Positions 25,149 to 35,600 of a stretch of DNA of 53,706 nt are shown piece after piece; the first letter of the stretch is position 1; each line of letters starts with the position of its first letter. The position numbers and the translations under genes were made by a program. The stretch comes from a virus (taxonomy: Duplodnaviria > Caudoviricetes), in IMG/VR virus record IMGVR_UViG_3300012971_000006, positions 1-53,706 of that record. One strand, 5' to 3'. The notes below the pieces were generated by a model. The model saw nothing but the letters and a program-made list of their open reading frames with translations. It searched no databases and was not told the origin of the DNA.

Positions 25149-25508
25149 TCAGGCATCGGAGCCCGGCGTCTTTTCTTCGAGCCGCTGCAATAACGGCTCT
25201 AGCCAATCGAGCATAGCGGCGGGCATCTCCGTACTATCACCGAGTTTGATCAGCCGCCGCACTTCGTCGCCGGTGAGTGTGACCTCGACCGGCTCGGCGC
25301 GCTCGGCGGCGGTGTCGTCGAAGATAGTCTGCCCGGTCGGCAGCTGCACGACGTACTGCCGCCGCTCTTCGGCGGGCATGCGAATTTTTTTCCTGATGTT
25401 GTGCAGCGTTCGGATATCCTCGCGCTTGCCGCGCTGCTCGCCCAAAAGATTTTCCAGTCCGATTCTTTGCAGCACCGACAGCTGCACCGTTCTGTTTCCG
25501 TTGTTCAT
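25149..25508 (-). CDS. Putative fibre assembly/partner protein
   Basis: Directly after 2360-aa fibre gene; AGGAG RBS; similar to 49932-50309. Confidence 0.75.
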   Translation of the reverse strand: MNNGNRTVQLSVLQRIGLENLLGEQRGKREDIRTLHNIRKKIRMPAEERRQYVVQLPTGQTIFDDTAAERAEPVEVTLTGDEVRRLIKLGDSTEMPAAMLDWLEPLLQRLEEKTPGSDA

Positions 25509-25525
25509 AGGTTCCGCTCAATCTC

Positions 25526-28500
25526 CTATGTACAGAGAATGCCGCCAACCAGCCGAACCGTCAAATTTCCCGCGCTGGTCGAGATGGTAAAAGGCGCGTT
25601 GCCGTTGAAGGATGCGCCGGTGTAAAGCCCGTTGATGCCGAAGTCGCCGCCGTACACATGGTTATTGGTCTGCACGCTCTGCACCCAGACGCGGTCGCTG
25701 CCGACGCACTTCGTGCCCGCGATATTGAGCTGCTGGCAGCTCACGTTGCCGTTGCCGTCGACCTGGAAGTTAAAGGGCGATGAGGTCTGAAATGCAATCG
25801 AGGCCCCCGACGCCGACGCCTGCACCGAAGCGAATGAAACAGAGTTGCTCGTGCCGACGGCCTGCCCGATGCTGATCGTGATCGCGTTGGTTCCGGCGAC
25901 GGTAACGCCGGTGCCGCCCGCCGCGCTGGTGATGACACCGGCGAAATTGATGGTCGACCAGACGGAGCCGTTGTAATACCAATAGGTCGCCGACGTGTTG
26001 TAAGCCAGCCCGCCGACGCCGAAGCCCGGGCTTGCGAGATTCGCGCTGGTCGAGGCCGCAGTCATCATGTAGGCCGCGCCGCCGTTGGCGTCAGCCGCTC
26101 GGAAATTGCCATTCGACAGCAGCACGCCGATACTCTGCGCATTCGCGAGCGTCGTGCCGGTCGTCTGGCCTTGCACTTCGAGCCCGCCGTTATTGCGGAC
26201 CCACATTTTGTCATAGCGCGTGGTCTGCCCGTTCGGCGTGACCGCAAAAACAATCTCGCTGCCCCAATTCGCGGCGCCCCACGCCTCGCTGGTTTTGAAG
26301 TTGATTGCGGCGGTAGCGGCGGTTGTCCAACCGTTCGACGTGCCCGCGCCGGTGCCCGTGGTTGTGCCGCGCCCGCCGATGCTCATAATAGTTAGCCCGC
26401 TGGTCAGATCTTTGACCGAGGCCACACCCAGATACGGGCCGGTCACGCTGCCATTATTCGAGATGCCTCGGCGACCGATGAAGCCGCACACGGTGTTAGG
26501 CGAGCTGCCGGTGTCGACGCCGTCGACGACGACCAATCCGTTAGCGTTGGCCACGATGCCGTGATATGAAACACCCTGGATGGATGAAGGCGTCGAGTAG
26601 TCCGTGCCCAAGTTGGGATACTGCGAAATGCGGCCCGCAGAAACGATGCCGCCGGTCGTTTGAATCGATGCGTAGCTGGTCGACACGTCGACATAGAGCC
26701 CGCCGTTGCTCTGAATGAAGCCGTTGGTCACCGACAGAGCCGCGACTGCGTTGCTCGACCCGTTGACGTTCAGCAGGCGCGATGCATCATTCCACGTGTA
26801 GTTTGCGCTGCCCGCGAAAGCACCGGCGTTATTGAACTGCACCTGCGTCGTCGAGCCGCCCGGTGCGCCGCCGGTCGTGGCCAAGTTGACAGCCGCCCAC
26901 GCGCTGCCGTTCCAGTAGAGATAGGTCGACCCGCCTTGATAGCTCAGCCCGCCGTAGCTGCCGGGCAGCGCTGCGAGCCCGCCGGTCGTATTGGTATGGA
27001 TCTGGATGCCCAGAAATGACGTGTAGCCGCCCGCCGTCGCGGTAAACGCACCCATGGTGCCATCGGATGAGATGATGCCCGCCGCCGCGCGAATGCCCGC
27101 ATTAGTGCATAGCGACTTTGCGGTGTTTGGCGTGGCCGTCGTGTTGCTGCCAGCGGCCCACAGCAGCACGTCGGTCGTGGCCAGCGTCGAGCTGCCGACG
27201 CCCGCAGGGTAGCCCACATTCAGCGGCACCAGATCGATGTAGCCGCCGATTGTGCCGGTGCTGGTGTTAGTGATTCCGAGGCCCGCACAGAACACGCCGC
27301 CGGTCGGGGTCTGAATGGATTGGTAGCTGGTCGACGGCGTGTTGAAGCCGCCGTCGGAATAAACGTAGCCGGTGTCGGCGTAAATAGCGACCGTGCCAGC
27401 CGTGCTCTTGACGTGCAGCGGATAGCTCGGGTTTACCGTGACGCCGATCTTTCCATTGAAAAATGACGGCGCCGCGCCGCCGCTGAAGATGGAGTAAGCG
27501 CCGGTCGGCGTAGCGGACTGGTTGAGGTAGATGCCGAAATTATTGACTGTGCCGTTTGATTGCGACTCCGCGAAAAAGCCGTATGAGTTTTGAGATGGCG
27601 CCGTGGGATTCCTGGCCATGAACCCCACATAGTTGGTAATCGCCGTGGTCGCGCCGCCGCCGTAAGCCCCGTAATGGGAAACAAACCCCATCACGAAAGT
27701 TACTGAGCCCGTCGCGCCAGCAGTGTAAATGTACGGGTCAGCCACATATGCGGCCATCGTATTGACCGTGCCCGAATTTTGAAGATACGGTCTTGAGATG
27801 ACATTGAAAAGGAAAACGGTCGAAGTGGTGCCGGTGAGGACGGTTTGAAAAAACGTGCCGTACACGCTGCTCGTGAGAGTCGTGTTAGTGACGTAATTGT
27901 CAAACCAGTACGGTATGTAGACCGAACCGGATGCGCCGGTCATCGTCGTATTGAAGTAAGCGCTAGCGGCGACGGCGTCGGTGAAGCTGGTCAGGGATGC
28001 CGCCTGATTGAATTTTTTGCACTTCACGCCGCCGCTGGGAGCTTGGATGGCATTATCCGACGTGCTGGTTGTATTGAAGCCCTGGTCGCTCAGCACATAG
28101 CCGCCGCCCACATAGAGCCCCTGCTGCCCTGGCTTGCCGGTGATATTGAGGATCTGGTTGGTATAGTCCCACTTGAAATTGCCGTCGCCGGTCATGCCCC
28201 CAGCGGCGTTTTTATACTGAATACTCTGGTCGACGCCGCCGGGCACGCCGCCAATGGGCACGCCGTTGATGCGATACACGCCGGTGATATTACAATCGCC
28301 AGCCGCATTTAATTGATAGTCGAGTGCGGCATTGTTCACTGCCAGCCTGCCGTACACGATGGTATTGCCCGGCGTCGTGCCCGACCCCGGCCCGAACGCC
28401 ATGGACATCAGCCCGTGCGCCTGATCGCGAATGTAGAGGTTGTTGTCACCGCTTCCTAAGTGGTAAATCAGCCATGAACTATCGGTCCAAGTGAGGCCCG

Positions 28501-31500
28501 CACCCAAGATGCATTGCACGCCGCCCGCATTGGTAACTGCGTACTTCTGACAATTCAGCGTGTAGCCGGTCGAGACGCCGTCGCCCAGCTGAATGCTGCC
28601 GCCCGCTGGTTGCAAGCTGAGCGTGTATACCGTCGCCGACGCGTCGACCCGCATCGATTGAATCCAGCCGACGCCACTCCCGTGCGCGCCCATCACGACA
28701 CCGTAATTCCGGTCCTGGTTGCTGACGATCATCGCAACGTTGGTTGGGTCGCCAGCAGTTGGAAAGCCCGCAACTTTGCCTGTGACCTGTAACATCGCCA
28801 GCGGCACGTTGCCGCCGATGCAGACGTAACCAAAGTCTCTTCGGATGAAAAACGTGTAACCTAGATAGCTGTTGTCATTGGCATAACGCCCGACGATGAA
28901 GTCTGAGCCGCCGTCGCCCGCATATTCCGCCGTGCCCGTCTTGCCCCAGAACCAGCGCGGGTTGACGCCTTGATAGGCGTAGTAATATGCCGTGTCGCTG
29001 CGAAGAGTCCCGCCGGTTGCGACGTACTGAGCGGCCCACATGCCGCCGCCGGGTGCTTGGATGGCGGTATTCGCAGTGTTCGAGGTATTGAATCCCCCCT
29101 GCGCTTCGACATAGGCGTTCGCGACGTACAGGCCCTGCTGGTTGGCCTTGCCGGTGATGTTCAGAATTTGCTGCGTGTAGTCCCATTTCAGATTGCCGTC
29201 GCCGGTGAAAACACCCGCCGCATTCTTGTACTGCACCGACTGGTCGACGCCGCCAGCGGTCGCGCCCGCGACCGTGTTGAGGTCGAGCGACTTCCATGCC
29301 CCGGCCCCTGCTGCGTCCCAATAGTAGTAGGTCGAGCCACTCTTATAAGCCAGCCCGCCATAGCTCGCCGGTGCGTTGCCCAGCCCGCCCGCGACGTCGC
29401 CGGTCGCGTGCCCTTTCAAATAGAGCCCCATGCCCAGCGTTGCGCCGCCAGCGTCGGTTTGAAACGCCGCGACACCCGCATTCGCGCTGATGAAACTGGC
29501 TTGCGATCTGATACCGGCGTTGCAATTGAGCGTGTATGCCGTGACCGTCGTATTAGTGCCCAGCGCGGCAGCGGCCCACAGCAGCACGTGATTTGCGCCG
29601 AAGCTGGCGGGCGGCAGACAGATAGCGGTGTTGGTCAGCGTGTTCGGCGGAATGTCGATATAGCCGCCCGCACCGGCGGCAGTAGTAATGATGCCGACGC
29701 CAGCGCAATAGACGCCCCCTTGCGGCGCCTGAATGGCTTGGTAGTTAGTGCTCGGCGTGTTGAATCCCGCGTCGCTCAGTACGTAGCCGGTGTCGGCGAA
29801 AATCGCGGCGTTGGTCGCCGCCGCCGCCTTGACGTGCAGCTGGTACGCGGGCGACGGCGTGTTGATGCCGACAAAGCCGCCCCAGACAATCCGCATGCGC
29901 TCGGCGCGTGCGTTCATGGAGCCGTTGTATGTGTAGAAAGCCAGATCCGACGCCACTCCCGGCGTAGGATGCCAAACCGCGCTCAGCCCTGGCGCCGAAT
30001 TGTAGTAATTGGGCGTGGGAAAGTTGGCGTCACCGAGATATATCGACGCACCGACCGGCGAGCTGACCGAGGTCGTTATCAACGAATATGCGCTCATGTG
30101 GCCGTACAGTGAAAGCGCCGTGAACGGCACCATTCCGACACCCACGTTTTCGTAGAACTGCGCATAAGCGCTTCTGAGTTGCAGCGCTGTCGCGTTGACA
30201 CCGCCGCTCGACCCGTCGCTCACTAACAGCGATAGCGCGCCGGTGACATAGTTGGTGCCGCTGGCCACACTGACAGCGGTCGCGAGAATTGCCGCGCCGC
30301 CCATTCCAGAGCCGTACCAGTTGACGCCGCCGAGTATGTCGCCGCCCGCGATTTGAGTCGGCGCGGCCAGCGTGCCGCGATGCCGATTGAAGCTGATGTA
30401 CGGGTAAAAGTAGCTGGTGTCGCTCGCGAGAGTGAGGTTTACTTGGTTTCCGTTGGGGCTGTAGACATTGATTACGCCCGGGATCAGGTTCAGCGCTTTG
30501 GTTGTGTAATCCCAGTTGAAGCCCGCCTCACCCGCGAATGCGCCCGCTTTGTTGTACTGAATCGCTTTGTCCGGCGGCGCGACCGTGCCGCCGCTCAACG
30601 GTATCCAAACGCGCGCGCCGCTCGACGTCGTGAGCGACTGCTCTATGTAGCCGACCGTCTTTTTGAATCGCAGCAGCGCCGTCGTGTCGGGCAGTATGTT
30701 CGCTTGCGCGTCGCCGTAGGTCGCGTCGGTGAGTGCGAGCAGACAGTCGGCATATAACTTGCCGGTGAGCATCGCGTCATCGAAAGCGCTGGTCGTGCGG
30801 TTGCCGGTCGTGATGGTCCCGTTAAAGTAGGTGTCGCCCGCGACATTGAACAGCGGGCCGGGTTTTGCGGGCGCGGTGCCGTAAGTGCCCGCGTCTTGCA
30901 TGGTCATCACCAGCGTTTCGCTGCCGCCAATCGCCACGTACCAGCGGGTCAGGTTGTTCTCACGCATCATGCGCGTTTCGCTGCGGTCAGTGAGTAGCGC
31001 GGCGTTGCTCGACAGCGTGACGCGCGTCGTCGAGCTGCTATTCGGGTCGCGCTCGAATTCGTAAGAGTTGACGCCCAGCAGCTTATTGCCCGCGACCCAG
31101 TTTTTGTCGCTCGGCACAAAGTCCTGCGGGCCGGGCAGCGCGAGGATCAGCGCACCGGCTTTTTCGGTGTCGCGCAGCAGGCCCGCGACTTCCTCGACGA
31201 TGCTCGCGCGCGGAATCGCCGGGTTCCACCAAATCTGGTTGTCGCTCACGACGTTGCCGTTTGAGCGCTGGTAGGGCCCGCTGCCGATAGGGCCCATCTG
31301 AATCGGCGGATTGAGCGGCGCAGCCGGATGGTGAATGGTATTACCGATGGCAAAGCTATTGCGCGTGGCCCACAGCCGGATAGCGCCGCCGGTGATATTG
31401 ATCATCGTATTTCCGACGACCGACACCGCCGAACACGCGACCGGCTGGTTCATGGTGTTTGAAATGTTGATGCCGTAGCTATTCGAGCCCGCGTTGCCCG

Positions 31501-32608
31501 GCCCGCAGGTCGCAATCGAATCCTCGGCGTATTCGACCTCGCCCGATTGCGGCATGATGCATGTGTTCCCTTCGATCAGCCCTTGCCCGAAGCCGTCGCC
31601 GTCGATAAAGCCGCCGTTCACGCTCATGAGCGAATTGTTGGAATAGACTCCGCCGCGCACGTAGCCCGCGCTGTCGATGGCCGTGGCATTCTTGCCGCCG
31701 CACCAGCGCGGCACGCTCGCGCTCGCGTCGTCGGTGCAGATGTAGCCGACCCGCCGCCCGGTGCAGCTGTCGACGACCGCATTGTCGACGCCGCCCATCA
31801 TCACGCAATCGAGCCCGACATCCTCGAAGTGACAATTGACGACGCGCACATTCGAGTGAAACTTGCTGAACGCGTAAACGTGAGTCCAGACGCAGTTGCC
31901 GGTGCAGCGCCGGAAAGTGCAGTTAGAGACGGTCAGATTGATGACCGAGTGCGACACGCCGTCGCCTTGCGCGTGTATGCCGCCGGTCCATGATCCATAG
32001 TTCAGGTCGGCGTTGTCGGTGCCGAAAAGATGCGGGCGGTTATTCAAAAATCGGCACTCTTCGATCACTACGTCGCGGATGTCGCCGGTGCGCGCGTCTA
32101 GCTCGATGGCATAGCCGCCGGTGTGCTGCACGGTGACCTGCCGCAGCGTAATCTGTCCGCTGCCCGAATGAAACCAGAACGTCGTGTTGGTCGATAGCTG
32201 CGGATCTTCGGGGTCGGAGAATGCGCTGTAATTGAGCCGGGTCGGCGTCGTCACGCCCGGGTCGACCATCAGATCCTCGAATTTGACGCGCAGCGCGTGC
32301 ACGTCAAACATGCCCTTACCGGCGGGCAGCGACCCGCTGCGCGTGATCACGCTCGACGTGCCGTCGCCGAAAAAGCGCGTGTCGTTATTGGCGAGGTTGA
32401 TAGGCGCGGTCGTTTTGTAGGTGCCGGTCGGCACGTAGATCGCGACCCCGTCGGTATTGGCGTCGATGGCCGCTTGAAAAGCTGGCGTGTCATCAGCGAC
32501 GCCGTCGCCGACCGCGCCGTAATCGGTGACCGACACAAAGCTGGTCGAGCCGCCGCTGCCGCCGCCGCCCCTTCCGTTCAGTTCATAGACCCACGATGCT
32601 GCTGGCAT
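25526..32608 (-). CDS. 2360-aa tail fibre/spike with N-terminal pectate-lyase-like beta-helix (putative depolymerase)
   Basis: FVSVTDYGAVGDGVADDTPAFQAAID...IYVPTGTY (Pectate_lyase_3-type start), Asn-rich beta-helix to ~aa 520, then repeated fibre modules. Confidence 0.9.
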   Translation of the reverse strand: MPAASWVYELNGRGGGGSGGSTSFVSVTDYGAVGDGVADDTPAFQAAIDANTDGVAIYVPTGTYKTTAPINLANNDTRFFGDGTSSVITRSGSLPAGKGMFDVHALRVKFEDLMVDPGVTTPTRLNYSAFSDPEDPQLSTNTTFWFHSGSGQITLRQVTVQHTGGYAIELDARTGDIRDVVIEECRFLNNRPHLFGTDNADLNYGSWTGGIHAQGDGVSHSVINLTVSNCTFRRCTGNCVWTHVYAFSKFHSNVRVVNCHFEDVGLDCVMMGGVDNAVVDSCTGRRVGYICTDDASASVPRWCGGKNATAIDSAGYVRGGVYSNNSLMSVNGGFIDGDGFGQGLIEGNTCIMPQSGEVEYAEDSIATCGPGNAGSNSYGINISNTMNQPVACSAVSVVGNTMINITGGAIRLWATRNSFAIGNTIHHPAAPLNPPIQMGPIGSGPYQRSNGNVVSDNQIWWNPAIPRASIVEEVAGLLRDTEKAGALILALPGPQDFVPSDKNWVAGNKLLGVNSYEFERDPNSSSTTRVTLSSNAALLTDRSETRMMRENNLTRWYVAIGGSETLVMTMQDAGTYGTAPAKPGPLFNVAGDTYFNGTITTGNRTTSAFDDAMLTGKLYADCLLALTDATYGDAQANILPDTTALLRFKKTVGYIEQSLTTSSGARVWIPLSGGTVAPPDKAIQYNKAGAFAGEAGFNWDYTTKALNLIPGVINVYSPNGNQVNLTLASDTSYFYPYISFNRHRGTLAAPTQIAGGDILGGVNWYGSGMGGAAILATAVSVASGTNYVTGALSLLVSDGSSGGVNATALQLRSAYAQFYENVGVGMVPFTALSLYGHMSAYSLITTSVSSPVGASIYLGDANFPTPNYYNSAPGLSAVWHPTPGVASDLAFYTYNGSMNARAERMRIVWGGFVGINTPSPAYQLHVKAAAATNAAIFADTGYVLSDAGFNTPSTNYQAIQAPQGGVYCAGVGIITTAAGAGGYIDIPPNTLTNTAICLPPASFGANHVLLWAAAALGTNTTVTAYTLNCNAGIRSQASFISANAGVAAFQTDAGGATLGMGLYLKGHATGDVAGGLGNAPASYGGLAYKSGSTYYYWDAAGAGAWKSLDLNTVAGATAGGVDQSVQYKNAAGVFTGDGNLKWDYTQQILNITGKANQQGLYVANAYVEAQGGFNTSNTANTAIQAPGGGMWAAQYVATGGTLRSDTAYYYAYQGVNPRWFWGKTGTAEYAGDGGSDFIVGRYANDNSYLGYTFFIRRDFGYVCIGGNVPLAMLQVTGKVAGFPTAGDPTNVAMIVSNQDRNYGVVMGAHGSGVGWIQSMRVDASATVYTLSLQPAGGSIQLGDGVSTGYTLNCQKYAVTNAGGVQCILGAGLTWTDSSWLIYHLGSGDNNLYIRDQAHGLMSMAFGPGSGTTPGNTIVYGRLAVNNAALDYQLNAAGDCNITGVYRINGVPIGGVPGGVDQSIQYKNAAGGMTGDGNFKWDYTNQILNITGKPGQQGLYVGGGYVLSDQGFNTTSTSDNAIQAPSGGVKCKKFNQAASLTSFTDAVAASAYFNTTMTGASGSVYIPYWFDNYVTNTTLTSSVYGTFFQTVLTGTTSTVFLFNVISRPYLQNSGTVNTMAAYVADPYIYTAGATGSVTFVMGFVSHYGAYGGGATTAITNYVGFMARNPTAPSQNSYGFFAESQSNGTVNNFGIYLNQSATPTGAYSIFSGGAAPSFFNGKIGVTVNPSYPLHVKSTAGTVAIYADTGYVYSDGGFNTPSTSYQSIQTPTGGVFCAGLGITNTSTGTIGGYIDLVPLNVGYPAGVGSSTLATTDVLLWAAGSNTTATPNTAKSLCTNAGIRAAAGIISSDGTMGAFTATAGGYTSFLGIQIHTNTTGGLAALPGSYGGLSYQGGSTYLYWNGSAWAAVNLATTGGAPGGSTTQVQFNNAGAFAGSANYTWNDASRLLNVNGSSNAVAALSVTNGFIQSNGGLYVDVSTSYASIQTTGGIVSAGRISQYPNLGTDYSTPSSIQGVSYHGIVANANGLVVVDGVDTGSSPNTVCGFIGRRGISNNGSVTGPYLGVASVKDLTSGLTIMSIGGRGTTTGTGAGTSNGWTTAATAAINFKTSEAWGAANWGSEIVFAVTPNGQTTRYDKMWVRNNGGLEVQGQTTGTTLANAQSIGVLLSNGNFRAADANGGAAYMMTAASTSANLASPGFGVGGLAYNTSATYWYYNGSVWSTINFAGVITSAAGGTGVTVAGTNAITISIGQAVGTSNSVSFASVQASASGASIAFQTSSPFNFQVDGNGNVSCQQLNIAGTKCVGSDRVWVQSVQTNNHVYGGDFGINGLYTGASFNGNAPFTISTSAGNLTVRLVGGILCT

Positions 32609-32612
32609 GGTT

Positions 32613-35600
32613 TTATCCTGTTGCCGTGATGCGCGCCGTTTTCATCGGCCCGATGGTAATCGCCGCCGAGTCATCCCAGAGGGCCTCATCGGTGTATGGC
32701 TTAACGACTACTTTGTTCGGCCCGTTCTTATTCACGACGTAAAGCGTGCGGCCCTGATAGACGTTGAGCGGCAGCAGATGCACTTCGATATCGTTTGCGC
32801 TGGTGTCGGCCTTGAGCGTCTGGTCGGTCGGAAACACGGTCCACCATGGGTTAGCGTCGGGGTCGTCGGGGTCGCCCGGCGTCGGGCCAATCTCGCGCAC
32901 GCCCGGCGGCTCGCCGAAAACGAAGATGTCGCGATAGACCGCGAATTCTTCGTCGCTCAGCCGTTCCTGGTCGTCGACCAGAAAGCCGCCCAGCAGCACG
33001 ACGAAATTAGCGATGTTGTCGACGCGCACGCGCAGCTCGAATTGGTCGCCGAGGCCCAGAACGTCGCTGTCGTTTGTCTCGGCCTGATAGCTCCAGTCGC
33101 GGGCCTCGACGATGGCGATAGACGTCGCATCGGGCACGGTGTCCCAGTCGGGCGCGACGCTCAGCCGGATGTTTGTATTCCCGGTGATCGCGCGCACCTG
33201 CCCTTGCCCTGCGCCGCGCAGGATGCGGACCTGCCGCCCGATTTCTTCGCCGGGCCTCAAACCTGTGGTGTCGAATTGCAGGTTGCTAACCGAGTTGTTC
33301 CACATCGAATCCTCGATGTAGTTGTTCCCGGCGGCGGTCGCGGTCGAGCGCACGACCATTACATCGCCGGGCTCGACCGAGTCGCCCGGGCTCGCGCGAA
33401 TCGGGTCGGGCGTCACGGTAAACGTGCCGTCTGACGGGTCGAATGAGGTAACGCGGAAATTCCATAGCGGCACGCTGCCATCGCTGGCGTCGGCGAGCGT
33501 CGACAGGATTCGCCCGTTCCAGTTGTCGGTAGAGCCGATGAAGTCGCCCGAAGTGATTTTGTTATGCGCGACGCCGGTAATCAGCACGCCCACCACGCCC
33601 GCATGCCAGACGTGTTTTGCCATCACGCGCACGCGCCGGGCTGCGGCCTCGGGCAGCTCGTGCGTCATCGGATGAATGGGCCCGTTAAAAACGTAGCTGG
33701 CGGGCAGCGCGGCGGCGGTCGACAGCTGCCACGCGATGCGCCGCCGGTCATTGCCGACGTAGAGGTCCCACGTGTCCCAGCCAGAGCCGGTCGCGGGCAC
33801 GAGGTCCAAATGCACGGCCTGCCCGGTTGCGCCCGCCGGTATCCACAGCGCGATCAGATTCGAGGGCACCGTGTAGCCGCCGCCGGTCGAGGAATGCTGG
33901 CCGACCGAGATGTACACGGTTTGCGGCCCGGCGAGCGCGCCGCCCGACGTGAGATAGGCCCCCACGATGCGCGGCTGCACCTGCTCGGTGTAACTGTTGA
34001 TGACGTTCTCACCCGACACAAAAACGGCGGTCGACCAGACGCCCTCGCGCGTAATGTTGTAATCCTGCCAAGCATCGAATGTTCGCTCGCGGGCGTCGGT
34101 GTAAACCGGGTCGAGCGAATTGCCGCTCGCGTCGGTGACGGGCCCGACCGTGTTGGGCATCCATGCGAGGCCGGTCGGCGACTGCAACGTCTCGGCGATA
34201 CCCGGCGCGGCGGGCACGTCGACCGGCTTCGGCCCGAAGGTCAGATCGTACATCGAGTCGGTCGTGCAGACGCCGCGAATGTCGATGGAGTAATCCGGGT
34301 TGAGCGTCCACGACTGCACGCGGTTTTCGATGTAGCCGCCGGGCAGGCGCGCGTTGGTCATCGAGATGATGTCGCCGACCTGTGAGGCCAGCGCGATGAT
34401 GGTCGTGCGAAAGCCCAAGTGCCGGGCCTTGATCTGCTCGTCGTGCCCGACGCCGCCCAGCTCTTCGCGCAGCCGCGTCGAGATGATGCGCGCGCATTGC
34501 GACTTATTCGAGACGCCGACAAAATTCATGCTCGACGTCAGGTACTGCGTCGAGCCGTTGGTCGCGCCCAAAAACTGCGCGTGATCGATATCGTAAATCG
34601 TGACCGAGTTCAGGTCCCAATTAAACTCCTCATCCCCGAATTGCCCGACCAGCCAGTTAAACTGCGGCGTGAGCGGCTGCGCCTGCAAGCTCTTAAACAG
34701 CGTGCTTTCGGGCCTGAACGCGTTGGTCGCGCCGGAATGGTAGCGGATGCCGACCCACAATTTGCCGTTAGTGAAAGTGAAATACCCCAAGCAGCAATTG
34801 AGGATTTCTTGCAGCCAATCTTTGAGCGGCTTGCGTTCTTTGAGCACGCCGCGAAACGGAAACTGCCGCTCGGTCTGCGTCGGCACGATCAGACTGGCGA
34901 CCGGTTTGTCGCACACCTGCGCGGCGGCGATGGCCGCATTGACGTCGAAATACTGCTCCATCACGCCCGCCGGGATGCTCGACGCCGTCGCCGGTGTGAC
35001 CCGCATGCCCAGCGCGCGCAGATAAACGTTGATGGCGACCCAAACGCAGTTAGCGAGGCCCGGGTTGGGCAGGCCGGAATTGATCAGGTCTGCCGACCAG
35101 ACGCGGTTGCCCGGCGCTTTCCAGATCCATCCACCGATGCCTTGATCGACGGTCACTTCCATTTTTCGGTCGCTGATCTTGGACAGCTGCAAGCCCTTAT
35201 CGTCGGTGCGCCGAATCTCTGCAAATGCCAGCCCGCCCGCATAGGTCGAGCCCGCTGGTACGGTATTCCATGGAAACGCCGACAGCCCGAAATAATCATT
35301 TACGCCCGCCGGGTCGTTTCCGAGGATGCCGCGCCAGCCGCCGCCGTGCTGCGGGTCGTGACACGGCTGGCCATCGAGCGTGTGAACGATCAGGTTCGGC
35401 GAATAAGCGCTGATCGGGCCCTCGCCGACGATGCCGATGGCCGAATAAAACTCGCTTTCATCACGACCGTCGGCGACGTCGCATACCACCTTCATCGACT
35501 CGTCGGTGTAGACCTCTTGCACGGGCCGTTGATAGACGGTGTCGTCGACGATGCTCACGCTGGTGATGGTCGAGCGACCGAAACCCCATACGCCGGTCGA

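Noticed and set aside
25526-32608. Fibre repeats as DGR template/variable repeats or a shufflon
   Set aside because: No reverse transcriptase, no adenine-specific repeat pair seen, no inverted cassettes; repeats diverge at protein level.
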